Shown here piece after piece: positions 1 through 9,291 of a DNA stretch of 64,000 nucleotides. Position 1 is the stretch's first letter. Each line of letters opens with the position of its first letter. The DNA is from a virus. The notes under the pieces are model-generated. The model saw nothing but the letters and a program-made list of their open reading frames with translations. It was not told the origin of the DNA and did no database searches. The stretch lies in IMG/VR virus record IMGVR_UViG_3300034102_003113; one strand, given 5' to 3'. The translations under genes and the position numbers were made by a program.

Positions 1-498
1 GAGAGTTTGAATATCTACGTCATGAATAGAAACTCTATCCAAGAGACTATTTTGATTGATAGTAAGTTCTTGGATTTTTTCTCTTTCACTAGAGATATTA
101 CTCTGTAGATTTTCCTCAAGGGAATTTATATCATCCTCAAGGAGCTGAAATGCTGTCTCAAGATTAGAGATGGATGTGGAAGTAGCTTCGGAAAGAGCAG
201 ATTGGGCAGAAGCGATAGCGGTGGTAAAAATTCTTAGATCGCGAACTTTTGCGTATGTTCTGTCTCCGTAACGTACGTTAAGTACGCCCATTTCTGTAGT
301 AGGATCAACAGCCTCGACTAGACTAACACCAAGTTTGAGTCCGCTTTTAACTCCACTACCATCCTCTACAAAGATTGTTCCTTCTGTTGTAAGTCCGTCT
401 TGAGAGAGGACTTCTCCGGTTGTTGAGATTTCTTGCCTGGAGATGTTAAGCAGTCCCCCTGCATAATCCTCAATAAATCTAAAACGTAGGTCAGCCAT
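1..498 (-). CDS. Hypothetical structural/fibre-like protein, runs off the window edge
   Basis: Not in the ORF track. ATG at 498 overlaps the stop of 491..1306, and the frame stays open to position 1 (MADLRFRFIEDYAGGLLNISRQE...VEDGSGVKSGLKLG...). The distal part looks coiled-coil-like. Confidence 0.8.
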   Translation of the reverse strand, partial: MADLRFRFIEDYAGGLLNISRQEISTTGEVLSQDGLTTEGTIFVEDGSGVKSGLKLGVSLVEAVDPTTEMGVLNVRYGDRTYAKVRDLRIFTTAIASAQSALSEATSTSISNLETAFQLLEDDINSLEENLQSNISSEREKIQELTINQNSLLDRVSIHDVDIQTL

Positions 499-1306
499 AG
501 TATTCTTTAATCAGAGATTCTTCAAGATTGGTGGTAAAAAATGCGTACATTTGAGGAGGGATAATCGAAGCAGGAGGCGGATTGTCCCAAAGCACTAACC
601 AATTATTACATAATAACATTCTTATTTTTGAGGCAACTCTTCTATTCCCCCAATCGATCTCACTCCCTCTCATATCGAGAATCGTCTCATATTGCTTTCT
701 AAACATTGAAAATTGAGCGTTAGACGAAGCAGTGTATGTTGGCCTAAAGTCCCGAAGAAGCCGTTCTTGTAAAGCCGATGAGAGATTGCAATTTTTTGCA
801 ATAAGTGCTTTGATAGATCGATTGTTACCTAGATTAATAACATCTAATGCTTGACAGTTTGAGATATTAAGCACCTCAAGTTGAGGAGCATCATGGATAA
901 AAACTCCTCTCATGCTTTTATTACCTTCAAGGTTAATGTGCTTCAAACCATTTCTTGTTAGGTTGAAATTAGCATGAACTAATTTGTTTTTTTGCAAATT
1001 AATTCGCTCGATCTTGGGATCTATGAGTTTATTTGAGTTTGCATCAATCCAGTGATCCTCCCAGGTAAGAATATCCTGATTGGTTAGTTTTAGTTCTTTA
1101 AGTGGACCACTATATCTTCCGTCAATACCCACCTCTAACAGAAATGAGTCTGTCATCTGCTTGTAAAGTTTCGCCGAATTGTTTACATAAGACAAAGACG
1201 GGTCAGGTAAATCTAGATAATTGAAGTTTTCAGATAATTTTAGTCCGAAAGACAACGTTTTTACATCTTTTGATGCTACTTTAAAAAATGAGTGAAGTTT
1301 TTTCAT
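491..1306 (-). CDS. Leucine-rich-repeat-like protein
   Basis: Repeated LxxLxLxxN units (LKELKLTNQ, IERINLQKNKL, LKHINLEGNK, LEVLNISNC, IKALIAKNCNL). TAATG-coupled to the upstream gene. Confidence 0.7.
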   Translation of the reverse strand: MKKLHSFFKVASKDVKTLSFGLKLSENFNYLDLPDPSLSYVNNSAKLYKQMTDSFLLEVGIDGRYSGPLKELKLTNQDILTWEDHWIDANSNKLIDPKIERINLQKNKLVHANFNLTRNGLKHINLEGNKSMRGVFIHDAPQLEVLNISNCQALDVINLGNNRSIKALIAKNCNLSSALQERLLRDFRPTYTASSNAQFSMFRKQYETILDMRGSEIDWGNRRVASKIRMLLCNNWLVLWDNPPPASIIPPQMYAFFTTNLEESLIKEYYG

Positions 1307-4300
1307 TATTTTAACTTTCCTCCAGCGAGTGTCTTGGGACAGAAGTCTAAGGAATACTTACCCTCAAATGGCAGAGCAAATTTCTTACATTTAATGATAT
1401 TCATGCATATCTGATATTCAAATGGAGAGTCGAACATTGCACAATTAAACTCTGTATTTTTTTCTAATCTTGCTCTTATTCCTTCAATAACTCCAAATTC
1501 TGTATTATTATATTCGCTAAGTTCACCTCCTCCAGAATCAAAAACAAGAGGAGTGGAGAAGATCTGGGATGTTATTGGTTCGCCTTTGTTCCCAAATCCT
1601 TCTAGTTTCTGGCCAAGTAGCGATACGTAAGTAGAAGGCGTATTATATTGCGATGTAGAAACGAAAGATTTAGAAGGTTTGAAGTCTACAAAAGAACCTA
1701 GAGGTCTGTCTATAGAAATCGCGGTTGGTGAGACACCAGGAATTGATTTATACTCTTCTGGGAAGAGAGATTTATTTAGTTCTGTTACGCATCTCTCAGC
1801 AACTCCTTCATATAGTTCTTGGCAGTCATTTCCACCAAATCTCTGACAGGAAGTCACAGGATCGAATTGACCTAATAACTCTTGTGGTATTGGCGTTTCA
1901 AACGTACTTTGTTGCTTGTATGAAACTCCAAGGATATTAGAGGTGATCTTATCTGTCATTCCCTCTTCATCGAGGTAAATGCCAGGTACTTTGTATTCTA
2001 ACGAAGGGACTTTAATGTCAGTAGGTGGAGTCTCGTAGGCAGAAACAGGTTGCCATGAAGTCGTTTTATTAGATGCATTAATAAGACTAGAGGACTCATC
2101 TGTCTGATTTATTAAATTTATTAACTTATTCCCCTCGGCAAACTTTATAAAGTTATTGATTAGACTCGAGGTTGCATCTTTGGAGAGATTCTCGATAGTT
2201 GAGGTAGAGACTGTTCCTTGGGTAAATAAGACTCTATACTGTTCTGCAGTTATTGAGTTGGTTGCTGGAATCCTATTAGGTAGTCTGGAGTTTCCAATAC
2301 CCGGTGATTCTAGGATCGGAGCATTACCAGCAAACCCCTTAATTGCTATTAGATTTTCCTCATCGACAGAGGACAATAATTGAGATACAGTGTCGCTCAA
2401 TGACTCATATGTTTTATTCTGAGCATTTAAAAGTGTCTGTAATCTTTCATTTTTGTCCGATGTGTATGTATAGTCTAAGTTTGATTCAAAGATAATATTG
2501 ATGATATTAATAGCTTCTACAGCGCTCTCCAACCCCTCAAGTAGTGGCAAAATACCAAGTGATGGAGAAGTAGATTCTAACTTAAAATTATTTAATTGAG
2601 TGGAATTCTTATAATACCCAAGTTTTATCCCTAGGCCTGTTATGTTGGCATACTGAATAAATCTTGTAAAATTCCCCCCATTAAACCCATCTAACATCTG
2701 TCCCAATGGAGTTGTTGGCGAAGTTGTACCAAGAATTTGAAGCAACTCCTTTGCTGTCAGTCCAACGGACCGATCATAAAGACCTTTGATAAAATCCACA
2801 GATGGGATGTTACCTAAATTATCTCCAAGTAATTGCGTCCATTGCTTGAGGGCAATGGGAACAGTTTTATTTGTCTGTGGATAGGTCAGATCTGGTGATG
2901 AGAAAGGATCAAAGTAGTTACCTTGTATAATCTGATTGATGATTGGCTGAAGTAATTCAATGTTATCTCTAGACTTGATAATGCTATCTTGCCCAGATTC
3001 AAAGAGATACGTAATCGACTCAAGTAGAGTGAGATTATTTTGCCCAAGAATCTTTGTAAACTTTATGAGTTGATTTGGATCTATTGCATAAGTAAGTCCT
3101 ATGAGCAAACCAACTAACTTAGGATATTGACTGATCTGAACATAAGTAGCTTTAGATTTATCCTTTTGAGCGATGGAAAGTATATTGAGTAAACCATCAA
3201 TATCAGAGGTTGAGTATAGGAAAGACAGATAGGCGTTTATTCCGTCCTCTCCTCCTATTTCATAGATCAACTGAGATAACTCAAAGCCTTTTAAGAACGA
3301 CTTAAGGTCATCTGAGTCAGATAATGGTGCAAAAGACGATACCAACTCTGCAAAACTATTTGCTTGAAGAAGGTTGTTGATTTCCGAGTCTTTAAATCCT
3401 AGAGATCTAAGAAAACTAATAATTGATGTGTTCTGAGATTGGAAGGATTTATTTGAGATATTTGGTATATATGAGAACGAAGATATACTGAGCTTTTTAA
3501 TTGTATCTATTATGCTATTTATTTGCTCACTAATAGCGGATGAGACTTTTAAAATAAACTCTAGTGACTTGCCTGGTAATTGTGAATAGATAAATGTCTT
3601 AGAGAGACTTGAATACGACTCGAGTAGGAATTTAATGCTTCCAGACAACCCAGGAGCTACTCCTGGTCCTAGGTCATTTATGTAAGGACTTGGTGGAAAG
3701 ACTCTTTGCAACTCTTTGAGTTGTGGTTCTATAGAACCCAAACCATCGTACCCTTTAAGTTTTCCTCTATCATCTAGGGAGTCAAGCGTAGCTTTAACTA
3801 AATCTCCTAGATAAAGATATCTATTATATAGAGTCTCTAGGCTAGAGAGAAGAAGATCAAGTTCGGGTGTTAAAGTGTAACTATCTTTTTTAATTTTAGG
3901 GACATATCTATCCTTGACTCCGTTCTTGAACTGGGTGTAAACTGGGTTGTAATTGATCGTCTGTTTTGAAATGTCAATACCATCTCCAATCTGCTGACCA
4001 TGGACAAACGACTTGAGTTTTAAGAATCCCTTTAGGAAATTTAGACCAGGGATTCTATTTGTTGTTATTTTAGATACAAATAATATATCGAATCTTCCGA
4101 ATGATGTTTGATTGTTGATAATTTCAAACATATTACCTTCGTTTCTACCATAGGCGCATGCGAGTAGGTACTCTGAGTACTTTGTAATATATTCAATCCC
4201 GCCCACAATAGACCCTTCATATGATCCGAAGTAGTCCCCAAGCGCTTTTAGTCTCTTAATCGAACTAAAAAGTGCTTTACCCTCACCACCAAATGTTGTG

Positions 4301-5202
4301 GAGAGAAGGTCTTCATTTACAATAACTGGGACAGAATACTCCTCAACTTTTGAATCTGAAGAAATTGAGTTGATATCAAATCCATTTTCTAAAAACCCAA
4401 CATAATATTGCTCGATGTTTTTATTAAAAACTTCTTTGAATTTACTTAATGAATTAAGTCTCTTGGATGTGTATTTGGTCCACTGATCAGGTTCAAATGT
4501 CTCTCGTGAGGGAGAAGAAACATCAGAGTTTAATTTGTACAATTCGCCATTGTAGATGATTAAATCATCGTAGTTGATTGCTAAGCGATATGACGGTTTG
4601 CCAATGCGCCCTGCGACTCTATTATAACTCAGGGGTGAGTATGATGTTGTGTCTGAAAGTTGCTGAAAAGTTTCCCAATACCTCTCTTTAGGAAAAAGAG
4701 TATAGAGTTTTCTTTCATTCTCATCTACTTGCTTAGGTGAAAAGTAAAATTGATCTTCAGAATACTGGTATTGTTCTGGAGTCTGGAGGATATCAAAAAC
4801 AGATGACGCAGAGAAAAAATTAATATCTGAGACGGACTCTTTAATTAACCTACCATATTCCTTTATGCTTCTTAAGAACTCTGTGTATTCACCAGGAAGT
4901 TCTTGTGTATAAGTCTCTATTGTTTCAATAATCGACTCAAATAATTCCACAGGGTACGGTTGGCCGATACCCACCGCGAACAGTCCTTCAAGGATGATTA
5001 TTTTGAATGGGTCGATGGTAACAGGATCAGAGTTATCTATACGCTCAATGATCAGCGGAAATAATCTGCTAACAACCTTTTCCAGGTCTTTACGTTGTTT
5101 GTCTGTTTTAAACGTCCCATACTTTCTCTCATACAGGGAAAATCCCTGAGAGATAACCAAAGAGATCCTAGGACTCAGTATTTCTATCAGAGACGAACTC
5201 AT
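1306..5202 (-). CDS. Large hypothetical protein (1298 aa), possibly virion-associated
   Basis: Long ORF with a GTTTAAAG motif 22 nt upstream. Contains a short CBM5/12-like stretch (YDDLIIYNGELYKL...FEPDQW) and a Cys-rich C-terminus. Confidence 0.75.
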   Translation of the reverse strand: MSSSLIEILSPRISLVISQGFSLYERKYGTFKTDKQRKDLEKVVSRLFPLIIERIDNSDPVTIDPFKIIILEGLFAVGIGQPYPVELFESIIETIETYTQELPGEYTEFLRSIKEYGRLIKESVSDINFFSASSVFDILQTPEQYQYSEDQFYFSPKQVDENERKLYTLFPKERYWETFQQLSDTTSYSPLSYNRVAGRIGKPSYRLAINYDDLIIYNGELYKLNSDVSSPSRETFEPDQWTKYTSKRLNSLSKFKEVFNKNIEQYYVGFLENGFDINSISSDSKVEEYSVPVIVNEDLLSTTFGGEGKALFSSIKRLKALGDYFGSYEGSIVGGIEYITKYSEYLLACAYGRNEGNMFEIINNQTSFGRFDILFVSKITTNRIPGLNFLKGFLKLKSFVHGQQIGDGIDISKQTINYNPVYTQFKNGVKDRYVPKIKKDSYTLTPELDLLLSSLETLYNRYLYLGDLVKATLDSLDDRGKLKGYDGLGSIEPQLKELQRVFPPSPYINDLGPGVAPGLSGSIKFLLESYSSLSKTFIYSQLPGKSLEFILKVSSAISEQINSIIDTIKKLSISSFSYIPNISNKSFQSQNTSIISFLRSLGFKDSEINNLLQANSFAELVSSFAPLSDSDDLKSFLKGFELSQLIYEIGGEDGINAYLSFLYSTSDIDGLLNILSIAQKDKSKATYVQISQYPKLVGLLIGLTYAIDPNQLIKFTKILGQNNLTLLESITYLFESGQDSIIKSRDNIELLQPIINQIIQGNYFDPFSSPDLTYPQTNKTVPIALKQWTQLLGDNLGNIPSVDFIKGLYDRSVGLTAKELLQILGTTSPTTPLGQMLDGFNGGNFTRFIQYANITGLGIKLGYYKNSTQLNNFKLESTSPSLGILPLLEGLESAVEAINIINIIFESNLDYTYTSDKNERLQTLLNAQNKTYESLSDTVSQLLSSVDEENLIAIKGFAGNAPILESPGIGNSRLPNRIPATNSITAEQYRVLFTQGTVSTSTIENLSKDATSSLINNFIKFAEGNKLINLINQTDESSSLINASNKTTSWQPVSAYETPPTDIKVPSLEYKVPGIYLDEEGMTDKITSNILGVSYKQQSTFETPIPQELLGQFDPVTSCQRFGGNDCQELYEGVAERCVTELNKSLFPEEYKSIPGVSPTAISIDRPLGSFVDFKPSKSFVSTSQYNTPSTYVSLLGQKLEGFGNKGEPITSQIFSTPLVFDSGGGELSEYNNTEFGVIEGIRARLEKNTEFNCAMFDSPFEYQICMNIIKCKKFALPFEGKYSLDFCPKTLAGGKLK

Positions 5203-5224
5203 CTGCCGCGCTTACTTTTCTAAA

Positions 5225-5245
5225 CTTTAAACTTTAAGTTTAAAG
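5225..5245. promoter_or_regulatory. Back-to-back GTTTAAAG motifs (divergent putative late promoters)
   Basis: CTTTAAAC at 5225-5232 and GTTTAAAG at 5238-5245, each 22 nt from the ATG of its divergent gene. Confidence 0.7.
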
Positions 5246-5267
5246 CTATGGGACTTAAATCGATAAA

Positions 5268-5717
5268 ATGCAATCAAAAATTTCTGTGCTCCTCCTCAAA
5301 GGGAAGAATGTCGATGAGATGTCGGACATGAATAAGATGGCCGTGCATCTAGAGCAGGTGCTTACAGAAAAAGATGGTGTGGATCTAAAAACAAGGCAGG
5401 GATTAACCGATCCGGCTATCAAATCTTCAGATTTTATCGTGTTCTGCGGGTATGATTGTGGGATACTAGGAGAATTTTTTAAAGCTCTGAGCGTTATTGA
5501 GTCCCTAGACGGTAAAGAAGGCCCAGTGCTTTTCCTTTATGAAGAACCTGGTAATTCTATTTATGAGCATCTCAACCGAGTTTTAACGTCCGGCATGGAT
5601 CTTAAAAGAATTGAGTCTAAGGTTTTTGACAAAATCATCGACACTAACACCTATCGTGATATAATAGGCTATATCGACGTCTCTCTGCGTAAACTTGGAA
5701 CTTCAGCAGTTAATTAG
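5268..5717 (+). CDS. Hypothetical alpha/beta protein, possible degenerate LOG/SLOG fold
   Basis: SDFIVFCGYDCGILGEFFKAL...PVLFL resembles the LOG-family segment SDAFIxLPGGxGTLEELxE...KPxxL, but lacks PGGxGT. Confidence 0.45.
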   Translation: MQSKISVLLLKGKNVDEMSDMNKMAVHLEQVLTEKDGVDLKTRQGLTDPAIKSSDFIVFCGYDCGILGEFFKALSVIESLDGKEGPVLFLYEEPGNSIYEHLNRVLTSGMDLKRIESKVFDKIIDTNTYRDIIGYIDVSLRKLGTSAVN

Positions 5718-6672
5718 TATTGCTTCAGAGCTTAGGACAGAATCGGCCTACGAAACCATCTTAGACAAACTGATCGAGTATGATCGTTGGAAGACTGAAG
5801 CTACATTCATCCATGAATTAAAACTAGAGGAAATCAGACAAAGTTCCTCTGGACAACGTCGGTCTATTCCATCAAAACTTGAGTCGGAGTTCTCTGATGA
5901 AGATAAAAAGTTTAATATTATCAGTTCATATGGTGCCTGCGTTGATAAGCATCTAGGATTGATTTCTAAAACTAAAGTTTGGGAAGGTGCAAATGAACGT
6001 TCCTCGCGATTATTTGAAGATTGGTATTCCCACATCCAAGATAATAACATCATCCCACTCAAAGACCTTAAAGAAGGTAGAATTAAGACCTTACTCTTGG
6101 CCTTTTTATGGGCCTCGGGATGCGCGCATAGAGCCAATAAGTGGCCAGAAGCCTCTGATGCCCACTTCACAGAAGCGCTTAAAAAAGACCTAAACGAGAG
6201 ATTCTCTAAATTCAGTCGGCATAGCATTGTAGCAGCTTATGAATCCCTTAAAGTCTTCTGGAAAGAGATCAATGACTATGAGCAATGTCCATTCAACGTA
6301 ACGCTCATAGGCGATATTTTAGATGATGCGTATCAATATGTCTCGGAAAAAACTACAGAGGAGAATAAGCACGATATTAAAAACTCGCCATTATTCTCTG
6401 AATTTGAAAAAACTTTCTCCTATGTCCCTTTGGAAACATTGGAAAAATACTATACGAAGAATCGCAAGAACTTTGTAGCTGCGGGAGTGGGGGCCTTGCG
6501 AAAAGTCTTCACTACCCACCTACCAGAGGAGTTGGAGCATCGATACTCAACAACTGAGTGGCCAAAGAAATGGCATCTTCATATTGCCTCATTTGAAGAG
6601 AAGTGGCAACAACAACTTTATGATATTATGAACTCTATTCGCGAGGATCAAGAAAAATGGAAAAAGGCATAA
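5695..6672 (+). CDS. Hypothetical helical protein
   Basis: 325-aa ORF with TTG start that overlaps both neighbours. No motif recognised. Confidence 0.7.
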   Translation: MELQQLISIASELRTESAYETILDKLIEYDRWKTEATFIHELKLEEIRQSSSGQRRSIPSKLESEFSDEDKKFNIISSYGACVDKHLGLISKTKVWEGANERSSRLFEDWYSHIQDNNIIPLKDLKEGRIKTLLLAFLWASGCAHRANKWPEASDAHFTEALKKDLNERFSKFSRHSIVAAYESLKVFWKEINDYEQCPFNVTLIGDILDDAYQYVSEKTTEENKHDIKNSPLFSEFEKTFSYVPLETLEKYYTKNRKNFVAAGVGALRKVFTTHLPEELEHRYSTTEWPKKWHLHIASFEEKWQQQLYDIMNSIREDQEKWKKA

Positions 6673-6848
6673 ACATTCTAACATTGGGGCAAAATGTAAT
6701 CGTCGATGGAGCAGAAGAAGCCATCCAACGCTACGAGAATGGTGAGATCTCCGCCGAAGAACTCCGCGACATCATCCTTGATTTAGATGTAGTCTATATC
6801 GATCAGTCTAAGTTTAAAGATAGAAAAGATGATAAACCCTTAGAGTAG
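6657..6848 (+). CDS. Small hypothetical protein
   Basis: 63 aa, fills the gap before the portal. Contains a SHOCT-like YENGEISAEE stretch. Confidence 0.55.
   Translation: MEKGINILTLGQNVIVDGAEEAIQRYENGEISAEELRDIILDLDVVYIDQSKFKDRKDDKPLE
6812..6819 (+). promoter_or_regulatory. GTTTAAAG putative late promoter (portal)
   Basis: Exact motif 37 nt upstream of the portal ATG. Confidence 0.55.
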
Positions 6849-6856
6849 GTAAAAGA

Positions 6857-8791
6857 ATGGCCGACGACCGCCCTTCAATAACAAAACCAAAGACTGGATA
6901 TTATGACAGATACTTCGGTCTAGGAGTAGGTCAGGGTGGTCTTGCGGGGTATAAGGCCGATCCTTATGCCTTTGCTGGTAATGGATACATCACAGGTGGC
7001 ACAATCCTTCCTCGCCGTGATGATGTTCTAATTGAGGAAGGTGGTGGCGGGCCTCGAGCAATCGAGAAATACATGCGACTGTTTAACGACAGTCAAATTA
7101 TCTCTGCGTGGGAAAAACTAACCGGGGAGATTATTCAGCGGAAGTGGGAAGTTGATCCTGCGAGTCCCTCCGATCGTGATGAGGAGGTAGCAGAATTTGT
7201 CCGTCAAGTGCTTTACCGCATGGGGACTAATACTCGCCAAGCATATGGCAAGGAGATGCTTGTCAGTTCTAACTCTGCTTTTGATACGTTTATCAGAGGG
7301 TTATGTGAATCTCTGATTCTTGGTATCAGCATTGGTGAGATTTGCTGGATGCGCCAAGGAAACTACATTGTCCCATCGGAAGTAAAGATTCGTGACCCAC
7401 GTAGGTTCTTATTTGTCCTTAATGAGGATGGCACAATCTCCCCACGCCTTCTCACTGTGGAAAGTTCGGTAGAAGGGATTGCGTTACCCCTCCGCTCTAT
7501 GGTCATTCATAGACACTGGACCTATAGTAATTTTATGGATCCGTATGGCACGGGTCTTGGTCGCCAACTCTACAGTCTTGTGGAGTTCAGACGGACGCTA
7601 ATGTCCTTCTGGTTACAGTATGCTGATAAGCACACAACCCCTACCGCAGTTGGTAAATTCTCTCTTGGCACCCCAGAAGATGAGGTAAATTCACTCTTTA
7701 CTGCTCTCCAACGTCTTGGTCAAGAAACAGCAATTGTTATCCCAGACGAGATGGATATCAAGTGGCTAGAGAGCCAAGGTCGTTCTGAAGTATATGAAAA
7801 ACTTATTGACTACGTCGATCAGCAGATTAGTTTTGTAATCAACGGTGAGAATACAGTAGGCCAGGAGACAGGCAATGTCGGATCGTATGCTCGTGATCAG
7901 ATCTCTGATTCGGTTCGGATGCGTAAGGCTAAAGCGTTTTCGGAAGAACTTGACGAGACGCTTAATGCAACTCTTATTCGCTGGATTGTTGAACTTAACT
8001 ATCCAGGGGCACCGGTTCCTAGACTTCGTAGAAGCTTTGATGATCTAGAGCAACGCGAAGATCCAGTTAAGATCGTGCAAATGCTCACCCAGCTCCAGGC
8101 CATTGGGTACGAGGTCAAAGACCTTGATTGGGTAAGGGATAAGCTTGAGATTCCATCTCTGGCTAAGGTAGATATGAATCAGATGATGGGCGGAGCACCT
8201 GGTGGTATGCCTCCTGGAACTCAACAGGCACCAATGGCCGAGGATAAAAACCCAGAGGACGTTGAAAATGGTTCTATGGGAGCATTCGGAGCCGATCCTG
8301 GTGCCCATCTCGAGTTGTTTGACTTCTCCGAGTTTGATGAAGATAATGACCTTGATGACAAAACCAAGAAGGACAAGGTTGCTAAGATCATTGCCTCCAA
8401 ATTCGATGGTGGACTCGATGATGTTGGTTTCCAGAGAATTATCTCGACAGGGGATTCGGAAGCGGACGCCTCTAACTCCAGACTCCATATTGATGAGTAC
8501 ACTTCACCCGGTGAGATCGCCCACGGAGCCCGTAGACTCATCGAAGAGATTAAGAAAGTTCCTTACATTCTCCCAGAAGACTCCATGCTGAGTTCCTCAT
8601 TCGAGATGGAGTTGGCCTCTATTGAAGCCCAGGTGAGGGTGGATCGGATTAATGGGTGCGATGTTCAACGCCTTATTGACCTCTACAAGAAGATTTACCG
8701 TCTTGACCGCAAGGTGGTGTACAAAGAATGCGTTGTGGTGGATTGCCAAAAGGCCGGATATATGAAGTACTTCGCTCCATACTTTATGTAG
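6857..8791 (+). CDS. Portal protein, DUF935/Mu gp29-like, with C-terminal extension
   Basis: Motifs typical of this family: KWEVDPAS..D.EVAEFV, GISIGEICW, PYGTGLGRQLY, FWLQYADKHTTP, LIDYVDQQIS..ING, LIRWIVELNY. Confidence 0.85.
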   Translation: MADDRPSITKPKTGYYDRYFGLGVGQGGLAGYKADPYAFAGNGYITGGTILPRRDDVLIEEGGGGPRAIEKYMRLFNDSQIISAWEKLTGEIIQRKWEVDPASPSDRDEEVAEFVRQVLYRMGTNTRQAYGKEMLVSSNSAFDTFIRGLCESLILGISIGEICWMRQGNYIVPSEVKIRDPRRFLFVLNEDGTISPRLLTVESSVEGIALPLRSMVIHRHWTYSNFMDPYGTGLGRQLYSLVEFRRTLMSFWLQYADKHTTPTAVGKFSLGTPEDEVNSLFTALQRLGQETAIVIPDEMDIKWLESQGRSEVYEKLIDYVDQQISFVINGENTVGQETGNVGSYARDQISDSVRMRKAKAFSEELDETLNATLIRWIVELNYPGAPVPRLRRSFDDLEQREDPVKIVQMLTQLQAIGYEVKDLDWVRDKLEIPSLAKVDMNQMMGGAPGGMPPGTQQAPMAEDKNPEDVENGSMGAFGADPGAHLELFDFSEFDEDNDLDDKTKKDKVAKIIASKFDGGLDDVGFQRIISTGDSEADASNSRLHIDEYTSPGEIAHGARRLIEEIKKVPYILPEDSMLSSSFEMELASIEAQVRVDRINGCDVQRLIDLYKKIYRLDRKVVYKECVVVDCQKAGYMKYFAPYFM

Positions 8792-8800
8792 TAGGGCTTA

Positions 8801-8808
8801 GTTTAAAT
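8801..8808 (+). promoter_or_regulatory. GTTTAAAT variant of the putative late promoter
   Basis: 32 nt upstream of ATG 8841, followed 6 nt later by TAGA. Confidence 0.55.
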
Positions 8809-8840
8809 ATACATTAGATATAACGTTTAGTTATCCCATC

Positions 8841-9269
8841 ATGTTAAATTATAAGCCCGTAGCTCAATCACAATTTTGGATTCAGGCTTCTCCCTTCGCC
8901 CACTATTTCACAAATTTTAGTGGCATCAGAGACACTGCTGGAACCTCCCAATACGCTGACGGTGTAAGAGGCCGTATTTTCAACCTTCGCGGACCTCGCA
9001 CCCTCTCCGAAGTTACTCTTTCTGTACCTTTCGATCCCGAAAAGCACGCTGATATCGTCGACTTCTGGAAGGCCTATGGTTGTGAGTTCGTAACTCTAAC
9101 CATCACTCCCGTCTCTTGCGGTGAAGACCCTCAACCCCTCGGTCAACGCACCATCACCATTCCCGATGCTCAGATGACAAGTCTTAACTTCGGCGCCGCG
9201 GATCGTACCTCATCCAACCCTGCAACCATCGAACTTACGTTCGTAATGGACACATTCACTTATAACTGA
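8841..9269 (+). CDS. Tail tube protein (T4 gp19-like family)
   Basis: 142 aa with the contractile-tail tube pattern F..FSGI, Y.DG, G..TLSEVTL and a C-terminal D..S..ATIELTF. Confidence 0.65.
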   Translation: MLNYKPVAQSQFWIQASPFAHYFTNFSGIRDTAGTSQYADGVRGRIFNLRGPRTLSEVTLSVPFDPEKHADIVDFWKAYGCEFVTLTITPVSCGEDPQPLGQRTITIPDAQMTSLNFGAADRTSSNPATIELTFVMDTFTYN

Positions 9270-9291
9270 TCGCTATTTGAGAGGTTGAAGT

